NCBI RefSeq assembly: GCF_016433145.1
Contig: NC_058133.1
Span: forward strand, 202,903,974-202,967,973
Direction of reading: 5' to 3'
DNA from: Gracilinanus agilis
Taxonomy: Eukaryota
Length of the DNA: 64,000 nt
This document shows positions 24,601-37,976 of this stretch, piece after piece (the first letter of the stretch is position 1; each line of letters opens with the position of its first letter). The position numbers and the translations under genes are program-made. Below the pieces are notes generated by a model. It did not search any database, was not told the DNA's origin, and saw nothing but the letters and a program-made list of their open reading frames with translations.

Positions 24601-26883
24601 CTACAGGAGACACAAAACAACATTGTAGGTCAGTTAAGAAATCTGTATCCCTATCGTCTTGGCATACGCATACCTCCTTATATTAAATTAGCTTTCTCTG
24701 TAAAACAGCTTTTCCAAAAAGTTAATGGACAAGGACCGCATCTTATTCTATCTCTTTATTTATCTTCACTAGTCTAAAAATAAGCATAGCATGATTTTTA
24801 AAAAGTTTATTTCATTTCTACTGAAACCATTGCTCTGCCACTCATAAGCCCGTTTAGTCAATAAGTAAAGGTTTTATAAAATAAGCTTTTCCCCTTCAAT
24901 ATATCAATCTACAAGGACCCTGGACCTCTTATTCTGGCTCTCAACTAGCTATTCTTTCCCTAGGGGAACTCTTCCTTTTGTTATAGAACAATGATTGTTA
25001 ATAAGACTAACATATCCTGACCAGCAAATGTGGTTGAAAAGTTAAGATGCTGTTAACAAGAAGGCTCTTGATTCTCAGCAATAGTTAGAATAATCTTTGT
25101 GGCAGATTCCATCAATGAGAATCTGAATATTATCAAGTTTCTCTCAAAGGATTTCATGGTCTCCATTCTCTGACCAACCTAGACTACTGATCCTTTATGG
25201 CATTTCAATAAACATTTTTTAAAAAATGTGAGCATTTTGTTATTTATATAATTTGACCAAAGATGCTAACAGTTTGGTGACCCTGTGTTTCAGTGGGAAT
25301 TTCAGATTATGACTTTTTCTGTCCTATCTAGTATTGGACTCATAGCTTCTAAATTAGAAAAAAAAATTGCAAAATACTAAAACTAACCATAAAAAAGATG
25401 CTTACTTTGTGATCAGTTTTTAAACACAATGTCCAGGGAAACTTCAGTCTTCAAAAACAAAGTTTTATTACACACAATCTGTCTTTCTTTTCTTACTCAA
25501 TAAACTTACCTGCCACAATTATTTTTTCTAAAAGTCAAGACTCCACAGAGGAACTTGATTTAGGCTTAGAAAAGACAAGTAGTGAACTGATATAGATTAA
25601 AACAGTGACTAGTAGATAAAGGGCAATATTGTGTTAACATGGATACCTCATACATAACTTTAGCTGGAATTCATTTTATCAATAATATAAGAAAAGGCAC
25701 TATCATTCTACCACACACTTTGGAGACTGTGAAGAAGTACCAACACATTATTAAGCATCTATCTTGCATCTGCCCTGGAACAGAAACAATCAATGAATCA
25801 AACAAGCACTTCCTTTTCATTCACTAGAGTAGGCAATGCTGGGCCTTCCGAAGCTCAACGTTCTACTCAAGCATGGATCCTACTTGTCAGTGTTCTGCCA
25901 TTAGCTTACATTTAACTCAAAGTGTTGGGTTTTAAAAGGCATTTTCCTGACAAGGTCCTGAGAAGTAGGTTGTATGCAAAGAGACTTGCTAGTTCACTGG
26001 AAAAGGGAACTCTCGGGAAGAAAGTTTCTCCTCCGGTGCAGACCTGCTCATCTCTGTAATTCCAAGTTTGACAGACTTTCTGGGGGACACTGGCATATAA
26101 GGGACTTGACCAGAGTCATACAGTCAATTTGTTAGAGACTTAAACCCGGTTTTTCCTGACTTCAAAGCCAGATTTCTATCAACTCTACCACAATGTGTCT
26201 GTGATCTGAGTGTGTTATCTTATTACAGATATAGTCATCTGCCTGGAAGCACATAGTTATTATTAAGTACAGTTTTAAAATTGGGAATACAATCCATGTC
26301 TTCTGATGCTTCCTTAACCCCAACATTAATAAAATATGGTAAATGTATTAGTTAGTAGAACACTTTGCATCACTGTCATGAAGAGCTAAATAGTAGACTA
26401 GCACTATTTCAGTTGACTTTTAAAACTAGTCTCCAAAAAAAAAAAAAAAAAGTCCTAAGAACTGTCAACCAAATTTCATGCTCTGGCCGAAAGAAAGCAG
26501 TTCAAAATACTCCGATATATTAAGAATCTGTCTTGTTAAAAAATGTAAACATAACTCAAGTTCTGAACAAGGTTAGATATAGGTCTGGAGAGAAAGAAAC
26601 CTGAAATGAATGAAGACAAGGACCTTAGGGAGAAGTCTTTCATGTGAGATTTTTTAAAAGTCTCTGCTCGGGAAGTATTATTTAAATGTAGGCTTCTAAA
26701 GGTTTTTGGTCAGTTAGGAAGTATAAGCAAAAAACTACCAATATTACTTAAAATAATTCCCTTGAAATGCTTCCCTCATGGCACTCCATCATTCATTTTC
26801 CCCTTCCATTGCTACTTTTGGTGGGTTGATCTGAGGACCCCACTACCACCACCATTATCCTTCTGTAGATAGGTAAACTTGCC

Positions 26884-26909
26884 TGCAATTTTTTCACCAG
26901 CAGGTGGCA
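26884..26909 (+). promoter_or_regulatory. CTCF-like motif with upstream module
   Basis: CCAGCAGGTGGCA core at 26897-26909 preceded by TGCAAT. Motif match only. Confidence 0.5.
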
Positions 26910-27544
26910 ATCTGACCAAGCATTTATGCTCTTGCTTTGAAGTTCATTCCTTACACCAAAGTTATTACATCATCTGCATTTCCAGTTAAAGATTAACTGG
27001 ACTTAATCAAGCAAGCTAACAGAGACAAGCACCTACCACAACTGTGCCAAATGGTTATTACACACTCATCACCACCACCACCACCACCACCGGCACCTGG
27101 AAATTTCTCAGGATTCATTGGTTCCCCTAGGTTTTGCTAAAGCCAAGAGCCTGAGGAAGCCTGTATTAGGCAAAATGGCAGCAGTTTAAAAGAGAGACAG
27201 ATAGACAGAGAGTTGTGCAATAGGAGGCAGTCATGGTAAAAATCAGTTAACTCTACCAATCAAGAAGAATGAAATGTAGGAGGACAGAAAAACAAAAACA
27301 AAAAAACAGTTGAGTTCACTATCCTCTCTACATACAAAAGCCCAAGACTAGCAGACTTGGAACATTATGAATGTATATGTCCCTTTCTGTCTACCTCTAA
27401 GGAATCGGGGTTTAAGTTAAGTAGAGTTGCTAACTAATGAATTTTTAATTTCATCTTTCTCTGAGCCTCAGTTTCCACATCTGTAAAAAAGGAATAAAAT
27501 TCCTTTACCTACCTCATATGGTTATTTAAAAGAAAATATGTAAG

Positions 27545-27965
27545 AGGTCACTAAATGGTAAAATTAACAGAGCATTGGGCTTGGAGTCATGTAATTGTGA
27601 GTTCAAATGCTGTCTCACACATACTAGCTTTGTAGTCATGAATAAATCATTAAATCTCTCTTAGCCTCAATTTCCTCTGCAAAATAATAATAGTACCTAC
27701 TTCACAAGGTTGTTGTGAGAATCAAATGAGTTAACATATTCAAAGAGCTTTGTAAACTTGCTATATAAGTGGAAGCAGCTAGATGACTCAGTGGACAGAA
27801 AGCCAGGCCTAGAATCAGGAGGTCCTGGGGTCAAATCTAGCCTCAAGACACTTCCTTAGTTGTGTGACCCTGGGCAAATCTTTAACCTCCCTTTGTTTAG
27901 TCCTTACTGATGTTCTGCCTTAGAACCAATACTTAGCATCAAGCCTAAGTCAGAAGGTAAGGGGT
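27545..27965 (+). mobile_element. MIR-like SINE followed by a marsupial CORE-SINE (from ~27772)
   Basis: Two CORE-type heads and cores in tandem. Confidence 0.7.
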
Positions 27966-28759
27966 TTTTGGTGGTTTTTTTTGTTTGTTTGTTTTTAAAT
28001 AAGTGATAGCTAAAATTTCAAAATATAACGCTATGATATTTATTAGTTCTAGTTATGGGGAAGAAGAAACTCTGCACAATAAAAATGGGCAGGCAACCTG
28101 CAAATGAGTTGTATTCCAAAAATTATTTTATTTTCAGATGATTGTCTGGCATGCAAAGGTGCATTTACTTATAGAAAGAATGTTATATAGAATTGATTAG
28201 GTTCCCACACCATTTCCCAAGTAAGCCATGTAGCCGTTCTCCTATGTTATGGAACTCCAACATGGGTTATAACAATATTTCTATAGGGGAAATGTTTTCA
28301 AATGTCTAACTTGGGATAACAAATAAATCTGTTACTGCTACAGTCCCAGGAGAGAGGCTGTTGTTCTAAATTCCCCTAGTTCAGATGCACTGGCTTAAGT
28401 TCTGATTAGCAAAGGGGCCAGCAGTTTGTGTATGAATGGAGAAGGCTGGTGGTAGTGGTGTGGAGGAAGTAGCGGTACATTACTATCTGATGACCCAGGA
28501 GGAGGAGGATAGGAAAATCTGTAGCCACAACAGCAGCAGTGGATGAGAGAAAAGTCTTGAAGCAAAGTAGGTAGTATGTGTCTCTGGAAGGTTTTCTTTA
28601 ATGGCCCACAGTAATAATGGACATAAAAACTATCTGAGGGAATGAACATTCTCATGGTTATCAACTAAAGAAGATCCAAATATGAGTTTTATCCTTTGTA
28701 TGAGCAAAATTACAGGTTTCATTACAAATTTTTATGAAAGAAAGGGAGGAAAGAAGGAA

Positions 28760-29350
28760 GGGAGGGAGGGAGGGAGAGGACCCATTTGTAAAAAAAATAT
28801 TTATAGCTACTCTTTCTGAAGTAGCAAAGAATTGGAAGCTAAAGGGACATTCCTCAATTGGGGAATGGCTGAACAAGTTGTAGGATATGATGGTGGTGGA
28901 ATACTATTGTGTTATAAGGAATGATGGACAGGATAATTTCAGAAAGAGCTTGAAAGACTGAAGTGAATTGATTCAGAGTGTAACAAGCAGAACCAGGAGA
29001 TCATGTCACACAGTAAGTGCAAAACTGTGGAACAATCAAATGTGATAGACTTTGCTACTAACAGCAATACAATGATCTGGGACAATTCTGAGGGACTTAT
29101 GAAAGAGAATGCTATCCACCTCTAGAGAAAGAACTGTGGCAGTAGAAATACAGAAGAAAACATGACCATCATTTGTTTATTTGCATATATGTTTGGAAGT
29201 TTTGGTTCTATAAGATTATTCGCTTACAAAAATAAATAATATGTAAATTGTTTTGTGTGATAATACATGTATAACCCAGATTGAATTGCTTGTCAGATCT
29301 GGGAGGGGGATATGACTATGAAAAACTTACGTGAAATTTTATTAATGAAA
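28760..29350 (+). mobile_element. L1 ORF2-end/3'UTR fragment
   Basis: gtagcaaagaattggaa...ggggaatggctgaacaagttgt...tggaatactattgtg, typical of the L1 3' region. Confidence 0.8.
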
Positions 29351-31031
29351 TAAGAAACCCTAACAATAACAAATCGTACCTCTTTTGAAGAAATTAGTAT
29401 AACATGATTCTGCTCTCCTAAGAGGAAAACTTGCACACAACTTGCTCCTTAATTCTCTGCCTTTATTATTATTTCAAAGTGTTGCTGTGTTTTGTGGGCG
29501 GTGGACCCCCCCCCAAAAAAGAAAGGTTTTGTGGGTATTGAGTTCATCCACATAAGGAACTCCATAAATAGAATTCTTTTCAATGAGATAAAATAATCAA
29601 TGACTCCTCTGTAAGCTGAATCTTATAGGCATATTAAGCAACTGGTGCATGTTCTCACTGCTAGTAAGGATCAGATACAGAACTTGAACCCATGTCTCCC
29701 TATCACAAAAGGCAATTTTCTCTTCACTGTGCCTCAAGGCTACATCTAAAAGGATGAGATTTGGAATAGGAGGAATAGATTTCTCTTATCAATGTGGACT
29801 GGGAAATGTTACAACTACTACAACTACTACGATTACTACTACTAAGTAGCAACTTCAGTCCAACAATGATCCCAGGCTGACAGATGCTCATCCAAGGTAG
29901 CATTTTCTCATACATATTCTAGATGCTCACACCATATCATACCATAGAGCAATGACCCTAAAAAACACATACCAGAGTAGGACAGGTAGAGGTAAATGAG
30001 ACCACTGGGAACATTAGGATACATCTGGACACATTACAAATACTAGAAGAGTATTCCACTGAAGCACAAATGAAAATATTTTTAATAGTTCTCAATAATT
30101 AAGACATGTCATTTCTGGTCCCAAATCTCCTTGTCCAAGTTTCTAAGTGGTAGCAGAAAATCTTAGACCTTTGATTTTCCACAGTGAAAATGGATCTGGA
30201 GCATTAGGACACAGAGAGCTGTGAGGTCAGGAACCAAGCAAAGTGGTCAGGCAAACAAGTCGGGGGACAAAGAGTTGATGGACATTTAACCTAAAGAAGA
30301 TGAGGCTTGGGGGAAGGAGCTGGGATAAAATTACCACAGATGTTTTCAGAATCCATTCTGTGGGGTTGTTAAGCTGAATTTAGTTTGGTAAAAGAACTCT
30401 CCACTATGGAAAAAAGCTGGTCTCATGAAACAGTAAACTCCCATCATTTTAATTGTTAAAGCAGAGGGGGCAGATGAGCATTTCTGGCTAAAGAAGTTAG
30501 ATTAGATGATCTCTAAGATTTCTTATCCAAATTAAAGATTCCATGATCCCTTCAGGAATCCCATGAAGAAAGTCTTCTCTGTGCCTTTGGAAAACTGAAC
30601 CTCTGCCAAATTCAAAAGGTATTCTGAGCATCTGCAGTAGAGCAGACCTTGGCTATTTTTAGGCACAGCTCTGACAAACAAAAGCAAGCCAGTGATGCCT
30701 CAATCTCAGAGCAAAACACAAATAGTTCAGGCTAGATTCATCTATGTTGCTGGAGCTGAACACTCAAAAAGGACATCCCATATTCTCCTAGTCATTGGGC
30801 TATTCAGCTACCAGCAAACATTTTTTGATATCCCTGATTATCTGTTGATTTCCATGACTGATTAATCTTAATGTTGCTCTTTTAAATATGCTAAGCTTAT
30901 TTGAGTATATACCTAAGTGAATACTCTTTCATTGAGTGTCTCAGTAATGCTTGAGTTTTATTGAAGTATGAAAGGACCCCTGAAGTCACCCTGAGAACTA
31001 GATGTGATTGACAGTCTATAACCCAACTTAC

Positions 31032-31209
31032 CATCTGGGAATGCTAATACAGGATGAACACAAGAGTCCAACTGGGAGAGGCGCTCCAAAAGGGGAGTTT
31101 CATACTGGATCTCAGGAGGCATTGTAGTACCACCACTACTTGAACCACCACAGAGTACACAGGAGACATTTACATCACAGCTGCTTCGTATAGTACTGCT
31201 TCTGTGAAC
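31032..31209 (-). CDS. KANSL1: KANSL1 exon 7-equivalent (178 nt)
   Basis: cctttgcAG|GTT...G|GTAAGT. Encodes [22 protein letters not shown]...[19 protein letters not shown]. Confidence 0.98.
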
Positions 31210-32799
31210 CTGCAAAGGGGCAAATAAAAAATCTGATCGGTTGTACCCTAGTATTAGTTGTAGAGAAGGTGTGTGAGTGAGTGAGTGTCTGTCTGTCTGT
31301 CTCTCTCTCTCAAAAAATGGAACCTAATATTGTTATCTGTAGTACATCTCTGATATACTATTACAAGGTCTGTGCCCTAATGGAAAGTCTTTAACATTTA
31401 TATTCATCTTTACAAAGTAGTGCTTATATTCATTCCCTTATTCATTATCCTCCCACCCAATAAAAAAATGAAAGTTTCTTAATATTTACTAGATTCATAT
31501 GCTGATCAGTATTTTGTGTAAGGTATGACCAAAACCCAGTAGACTCATATATTGATAAAGGGCATCTTCTGCTGGCTTCCAAGAAATGCCTTTCTAAACT
31601 ATATCCTAACCTATTCCCCAACTTTTTTTTTTTCAAACCAAGTACAGTACTCTTTAATTTCTCCAATATTTAACAAGGGCTAATGTAATTTACAAAAGTG
31701 CCCCAAATAAACAATTGGATTATAAATCTTTGCCTGTAGGATTTATTGCACTAACTGCATGTGGAACAATAGCCATACATTTAAAAGCTGTAGGAGATTC
31801 AGAGTCACATATGATATTTGAAAATACCTTTACAACATTAACTCTTCTAGGAACTTAGTGCCCTGTGTACTCACTATAAGTTCAAGATCACTTTAGGGAG
31901 AAATGGTAGTAAGTAAAGTTTATTATTCAGTTTCCTTATCATTTTGAATTCTCCTTTAAGATCAGACTCCAAATTTAGAAGAGAGTTCCTCACTACTCAC
32001 TAATCCAAGATAATTCTTATTACAGCAAAGTGGCATAAATCCAAAATGTATTTAATTGCTATGAACAAAATTTTATTGATTTATTAAGCAATTTATTTGT
32101 GTATGCTTCTGACTTAGCAGTAACCAACAGCATAGAAACTATAACCTAGGTTTCAAGTTTTGCCTTTGCCACAACCTATCAGAGGCAACACTTCAAAAGC
32201 CTCATTTTCCTAGATTGAAAATTAAGTTGTATTAGAGGGCACACTACAAATTCCTTCCAAGACTAAGTGCAACTAATCACTACTCAGGCTTTATGTAGAT
32301 GAATTCAAGAGGGTAAAGATAATAGAGAAAGAAAAACTACTTTAAAGACTCTGATGAGAAACAAAAGCCTAGTGTGGCAACAATGAGAATTAACAACAAC
32401 TGATACTTCAAACATTTCATCCCATTTGATTTTCTTAACACTGAATGGTAAGTAGTAGAAGGCAAAGAACTTTTTTACTAATTTGAATCGGGAGCAATAC
32501 AGAATGGAAAAAAGATCATTTAGAGTTAGAAGGGACCAGAGTAAGATCTCAAGTCTAAAAGATAAGAAGGAAGATGTCAGGAAAAAAGAATGCATTTGGG
32601 GGGGAATGATGATGGTGGTGGTGGTGGTAGTACAGGGTTTGAATAGTAAGATGACAAGTTCAAAAGCACCTAATTGCAACCTACAGTGGTATATCACTCT
32701 ATTCATACCTCCATCGTCAAATTCTTAAAAAGCATAATGAAAAGGACACCAATGATGGTCTAAAGTAGAAGGAGTTCTGGTCTTAAAAATGTTTATTTC

Positions 32800-33004
32800 G
32801 GGGGCAGCTGGGTAGCTCAGTGGAGTGAGAGTCAGACCTAGAGACAGGAGGTCCTAGGTTCAAACCCGGCCTCAGCCACTTCCCAGCTGTGTGACCCTGG
32901 GCAAGTCACTTGACCCCCATTGCCCACCCTTACCAATCTTCCACCTATGAGACAATACACCGAAGTACAAGGGTTTAAAAAAAATTAAAAAAAAAAATTA
33001 AAAA
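32800..33004 (+). mobile_element. Young full-length opossum CORE-SINE with 15-bp TSD
   Basis: GGGGCAGCTGGGTAGCTCAGTGG...GGTTCAAACCC (Pol III A/B boxes), A-tail. TSD aaaaatgtttatttc at 32785-32799 and 33005-33019; TT/AAAA target site. Confidence 0.95.
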
Positions 33005-35624
33005 AAAAATGTTTATTTCCTGTTTTACAAACAAGAATGATTAGTCCAAAAAAGAGAGAATCATGTCAATTTAAAAATTTAAAAAAAAATATTTAAAAAA
33101 ATGTTTATTTCCTGTTTTACAAACAAGAATGATTAGTCCAAAAAAGAGAGAATCATATCAATTTAAAAATTGAACTTTTAGTGCTTTTCCCAGCATACTT
33201 ACATTCAAAATCCCATCTCCAATGTGTTTAATCAATAGCTGAAGAGTTTCCTAGTTTTGAGAATGGCTATGATAATAATCCTTGAAGCATACCTGGCACT
33301 TTGACAAATGTTCAAATTAACTAAGCAAAATTGTTATATTTTGTCTCTAACACTGCTGAATAGTTCCATTTACCCAGGAATATTAGAGATTTCATTTTTG
33401 GGGAAAACACCATAAACACAAAACTCAAAAGACCAGGTATGCCTTTAGGAAGAGCCCTAAGAAATTTCTACCAGGGATTAAAAAAAATTGTCTGAAAGCA
33501 GATTTGTAATTAATTATCACCTTTAAATTCTTGATGTTGTAGCATCCTTCACATAACCTTAAGTGTGAGGCTGGGGATCAGGGGCAAAAAGGTGGACTGG
33601 ATAGGGAAGCAAGGGTAGAAAAGCAAGGATCCATGATAGAAGAGAATAAGGTTTTGCACCAAGATTCACATTCCAGGCAGGTAAGGAAAAGAATATCATT
33701 AAGACAACCGGGGAAGGTACCTTGTAGCGTTCCAAGTGGGAGCTACAGTTGAAAAGAAATAACCTGAGTAAAGAATATGAAATATCATACCAATATTGGT
33801 TTTGGGTAGGAAAAACAGGCCTCATCTATATATGACGTAACTCAGTTTCCTTGCTATGGTCAGGTTTAAGAGAAAGTTAGCACCTGTCAAACATAAATGG
33901 AGCATTGAACTCAGACATTTTAGAAATAAATTATATGAATAACAGCAAACCCATCTGGTAGTTGGCTTTCCAGGGTCACTTCCCTTATCCTAAAGGGCAG
34001 GTACTAGTTTCTTGTGCAAAATATGAATTCTATTATAATATCAAAGCATGTCTTGCCCAGGACTTCATCTAATTAGATTTAGTTACCCATCAATAATAAT
34101 TTCAAGTGTATCCACAGCATCCAACTAAATTGTCTTCCTTCACATTTCACAAAATAAAAATAACTCCCTAAGATTCAAAAAACTAAAAATCATTTCGGAA
34201 ATTCACCCAATTGTCTAACAAAAAAATGCCGAAACCAGTCATCCCACTAAATTCCAAACCATAAATGCTAAATATCAGATTTCCCCAAAACCTTCAGCTT
34301 TGTGCTAATGGGACAAAGAAAATTATCTTCTTAAGAGTCAAAAATACCTAGCCATCTATCTTATAGCAGATGATCACCCTTCAAAGCAACTATTATACAA
34401 CTTAAGCTAAACAAGTCCAATTTGAACCAGAAATATTAGGCAGCCTAAGATCTATCTGAAATAAAAGAGGCCTAAAAAGCAACAAGATCTATCATTAATA
34501 TTTTTTAAAAACAAACTGACCAACTTTTTAATCACATGAAATCTGAATACTAATACTACAAGACATAAATCTCTTCATACTTCAATTCAATGAAAACACA
34601 TCTTTTCCCCTTCAAACTAAAAAAACTCCCCTAATTTCCAAATTCCTATTAAAGGTACCACTTTTTTTTTCAATCTTTTAGGCTCAAAACCTTGGTTTTA
34701 CCTTGGATCTTTTCCACACAATGAATCACAAATACGTCTATATTTCTTGCTTTGCATGTCTACTATTCGGATTCCTTCCTTTATATTTGCTACTTCTGGC
34801 ACCTGATGCTCCACCCTCCCTGTTCTAATCTAATCAGAAGAATCAAATTTACACTGAATATGGCTCAAACCAGATTTAAAAGTAATTTGGAAAATCTAAC
34901 AAATAAATAAGAATACAATGAAATGTTATTTTGTGGCTTTCTAAGTCAATATGAGGCCCAAAGAGATCCATTTCTACTTGAGCTTGACACTGGATTGGCT
35001 TTCATAAAATAATATTTTCAAGTTGTTTCCCTTGTTTAGAAACATTAAAAGGTTCTGCAGAGCCCATGGGGCAGTCCAAACTCTTTAGACAAGGCTTTAT
35101 TCATCTTTGGCTCACACTTTTAGAACTTAGAAGTGTTACTTATCTATAGAAGGCTCTCCATTAAGTCACTTGAATCAATTTCTAAAGTAACTTATAAGCA
35201 TATATATCTTGAGTTGTCTCTAATTAAACAAGCTTCTTCACTGTCTTAGAATACTTGGCCTTTTCTGGCCTCTGTACTTTTGCTTCATATGTTGACTTGC
35301 CTGCAATGGTGCCTCTCCCTTCTCACACCTTCCTCTCTGCTTAAAGCCTGTCACTCAAAACCTAGTTAAAAAAACAACCTCTACTATACATTTTTCCTTG
35401 ATGCCAATTTATCTGTTTGCATAAGTTCAAAAGTATTTAATTATTCAGTAACAACGTATTAATGTTCAGTGTATTTTCTATTTTTTCTTCTTAACTGGAT
35501 TATAAAAGCTTCAGTCCTTATAAATATGTATATAGATAGATAGGTATAAAAATACATATAAAGATAATTCCTGAACTCAGTGTCTTACAATGTCACCAAT
35601 TTTGTTACAAATAACAAAGTGGTG

Positions 35625-35865
35625 GTTTTTTGTTTTGTTTTTATTTTTAAATTTTTATCTTACTGTATTTTTAGACCCTCACCTTCTGTCTTAGAATCAA
35701 TACTATTTAGTGGTTTCAAGGCAGAAGAGTGGTAAGGGCTAGGCCAGGGGGGTTAAGTAACTTGTCCAGGGTTACACAGCTAGGAAGTGTCTGAGGCCAG
35801 ATTTGAACCTAGGACCTCCCATCTCTAGGCCTGCCTCTCCATCCACTGAGCCACGCAGCTGCCCC
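35625..35865 (-). mobile_element. Full-length opossum CORE-SINE (long-tail type) with 13-bp TSD
   Basis: TSD taacaaagt(g/a)gtg at 35612-35624 and 35866-35878. Confidence 0.9.
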
Positions 35866-36043
35866 TAACAAAGTAGTGTTTAAAGTTTCCTAAAGTTCTA
35901 ATTTCCTATGATTGAAAATGTTATTAAATTTTAGAAATTCAAATTGAATACTGAAGTGCTTTTGTTTTGAGAAAAGGGAGGAATGGTACTGCTCCTGCTC
36001 TCAATGCTAATCTTAATGGACTCCACACCAAGGAAACCCAGAA

Positions 36044-36249
36044 TTTTTTTTTTTTTTTTTTTTTTAAATTTTAAACCCTTAACTTCTGTATATTGGCTTA
36101 TAGGTGGAAGATTGGTAAGGATAGGCAATGGGGGGGTCAAGTGACTTGCCCAGGGTCACACAGCTGGGAAGTGTCTGAGGCCGGATTTGAACCTAGGACC
36201 TCCTGTCTCTAGGCCTGGCTCTCAATCCACTGAGCTACCCAGCTGCCCC
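36044..36249 (-). mobile_element. Young full-length opossum CORE-SINE (short-tail type)
   Basis: Poly-T tail; flanks aaacccag(g)aattttt. Confidence 0.92.
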
Positions 36250-37099
36250 CAAAACCCAGGAATTTTTAAATCTCTCAAGAGAATAGTTCAAGAACAATTC
36301 TGTATCACATGAAACTTCAATATAAAACTGTCAAAAAATTTAAAAATAACATCCTCCATGTTCTGTGTATGGTCAAGCATGCAACTGTAGAAAGCACTAT
36401 GGACAGCAATTATGATGACTAATTTCTCCATGTTTGGCATTAATTCATTTAATGTATTGTTTATTTGCTTTATATTAATTACTTCTCAGCCTCTTAGAAA
36501 ATAGCTTAGATTTTAGAGGGGTTTTCTCCCAAAATTTGGAGACTCAAGTCACCAGGGGAGGAAAACTGAATTTTCTTAAGTTTCTTTTATTCCTGATGAC
36601 AGTATCTGAACTCTTCTGAAATTCTTTCTCTTTTAAGAGATTATGAAAACATTTCATGAAAATCATGACAAAAGACTATATTGCCCCAACAACAAAAGAA
36701 AGCCACTGAAGTAATTAAACGTTAATTATGTTATTTGAAATGTGTTTAATCAACCTCACTGTTTAAACTTCCTTCTTTGTTTTTACAAGCTCTACTATAA
36801 AACTGTGATTTAATAACCTTTCAAATCTACAAGTTCTTGCAGTTCAGAATTTCACCATTTTTGTTAGTATTAAACAATCTCTGCCGCTTTCTTGTAATAG
36901 GATCTCAGGCCACACTCTTGATCCAAGAGGAAAAAAAGTCATCTAAACTGATAAAGAATACCTTCAGTAGGCACATTCATTTTCTCTTCATTATGTCAGG
37001 GTACATATCTATACCTTTTAATTGTTACTGAAAAGTTTCAGATACTTCTGATTGAGCACATTCTTCATCCAGGGCAAATCACGACCTACCAGTACTGAC

Positions 37100-37295
37100 C
37101 TTTTTGGACAGGGGTACGATGCTGTTGGGCCGAACAAGTCTCCGTTTCTTACAACTCAGTACAGGACGAGTCCGGGCTGCTCCACATGGACCATCAGAGG
37201 ATGTAGAAACCAGATTCAACCGTTGCTTTTTATGTAGTAGTTCCTCAGCATCAGAACCATCTCCTGGAGCATGGTCTGCCAAACCTGACTGGAGT
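37100..37295 (-). CDS. KANSL1: KANSL1 exon 6-equivalent (196 nt), contains the WDR5-interacting (Win) motif
   Basis: tgtgtAG|A...AAG|GTCAGT. Encodes [65 protein letters not shown]. Confidence 0.98.
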
Positions 37296-37321
37296 CTACA
37301 CAAGAGGAGATATGTTAAAAC

Positions 37322-37322
<1 letters not shown>

Positions 37323-37377
<55 letters not shown>
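37323..37377. repeat. (TCTA)13 microsatellite upstream of the KANSL1 exon 6 acceptor
   Basis: Direct reading. Confidence 0.95.
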
Positions 37378-37794
37378 CGATATATAGACATATTTTATAT
37401 AGATATAGATTTAAATCAACAGAAGAATAATTTTATACTGTCCCTCAAAACAACAATACAGAACACCATTATTTGGTCACTATGGCCATAACCAGAACGA
37501 AGCCTTATTAAGCTAAATAATTAACTTGTATTAGCTTTGATTCCTTCCACTTCTCTCCTCATATTCCAGTTGAGAAAATTATAGAGTAAAAAGAAAAGAG
37601 AAGATGCTAGAATTATGGAAACTTCTGTCTAAAGGTAGGTAACATGCAAAATCCAAACAATATAACCTTTAGCTTCAGTTACCCCACCTAGGGTTATTTT
37701 AAGAAAATATGATCCAATATTATTAAATAAATAAATTTACTGATAAGGTAGTTTGACAACTTCTTTTTTGGTGTGTAAATATATTTAAACTTAC

Positions 37795-37910
37795 GGATTA
37801 ATAACTCCATTGATTGGTCTCACTATTCCACATGGTTTAGTGGAAAGAACCTCTGAAGCATTGGTGGCAGAAGTACCAAGATTTTCCAGTGGCTGAGATA
37901 TAGAATCAAT
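37795..37910 (-). CDS. KANSL1: KANSL1 exon 5-equivalent (116 nt)
   Basis: cttcttccacAG|ATT...CC|GTAAGT. Encodes [38 protein letters not shown](P). Confidence 0.96.
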
Positions 37911-37935
37911 CTGTGGAAGAAGGAGGTAAAAGTGC

Positions 37936-37976
<41 letters not shown>
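37936..37976. repeat. (TA)9(CA)11 compound microsatellite upstream of the KANSL1 exon 5 acceptor
   Basis: Direct reading. Confidence 0.95.

Noticed and set aside
28395-28664. Pro/Cys-rich 89-aa minus-strand ORF, possibly a cryptic exon or retrocopy
   Set aside because: No recognisable homology, no convincing splice sites, and adjacent to an L1 fragment.
32800-32880. tRNA-like sequences with A/B boxes
   Set aside because: These are SINE heads followed by CORE and tail sequence with TSDs, not tRNA genes.
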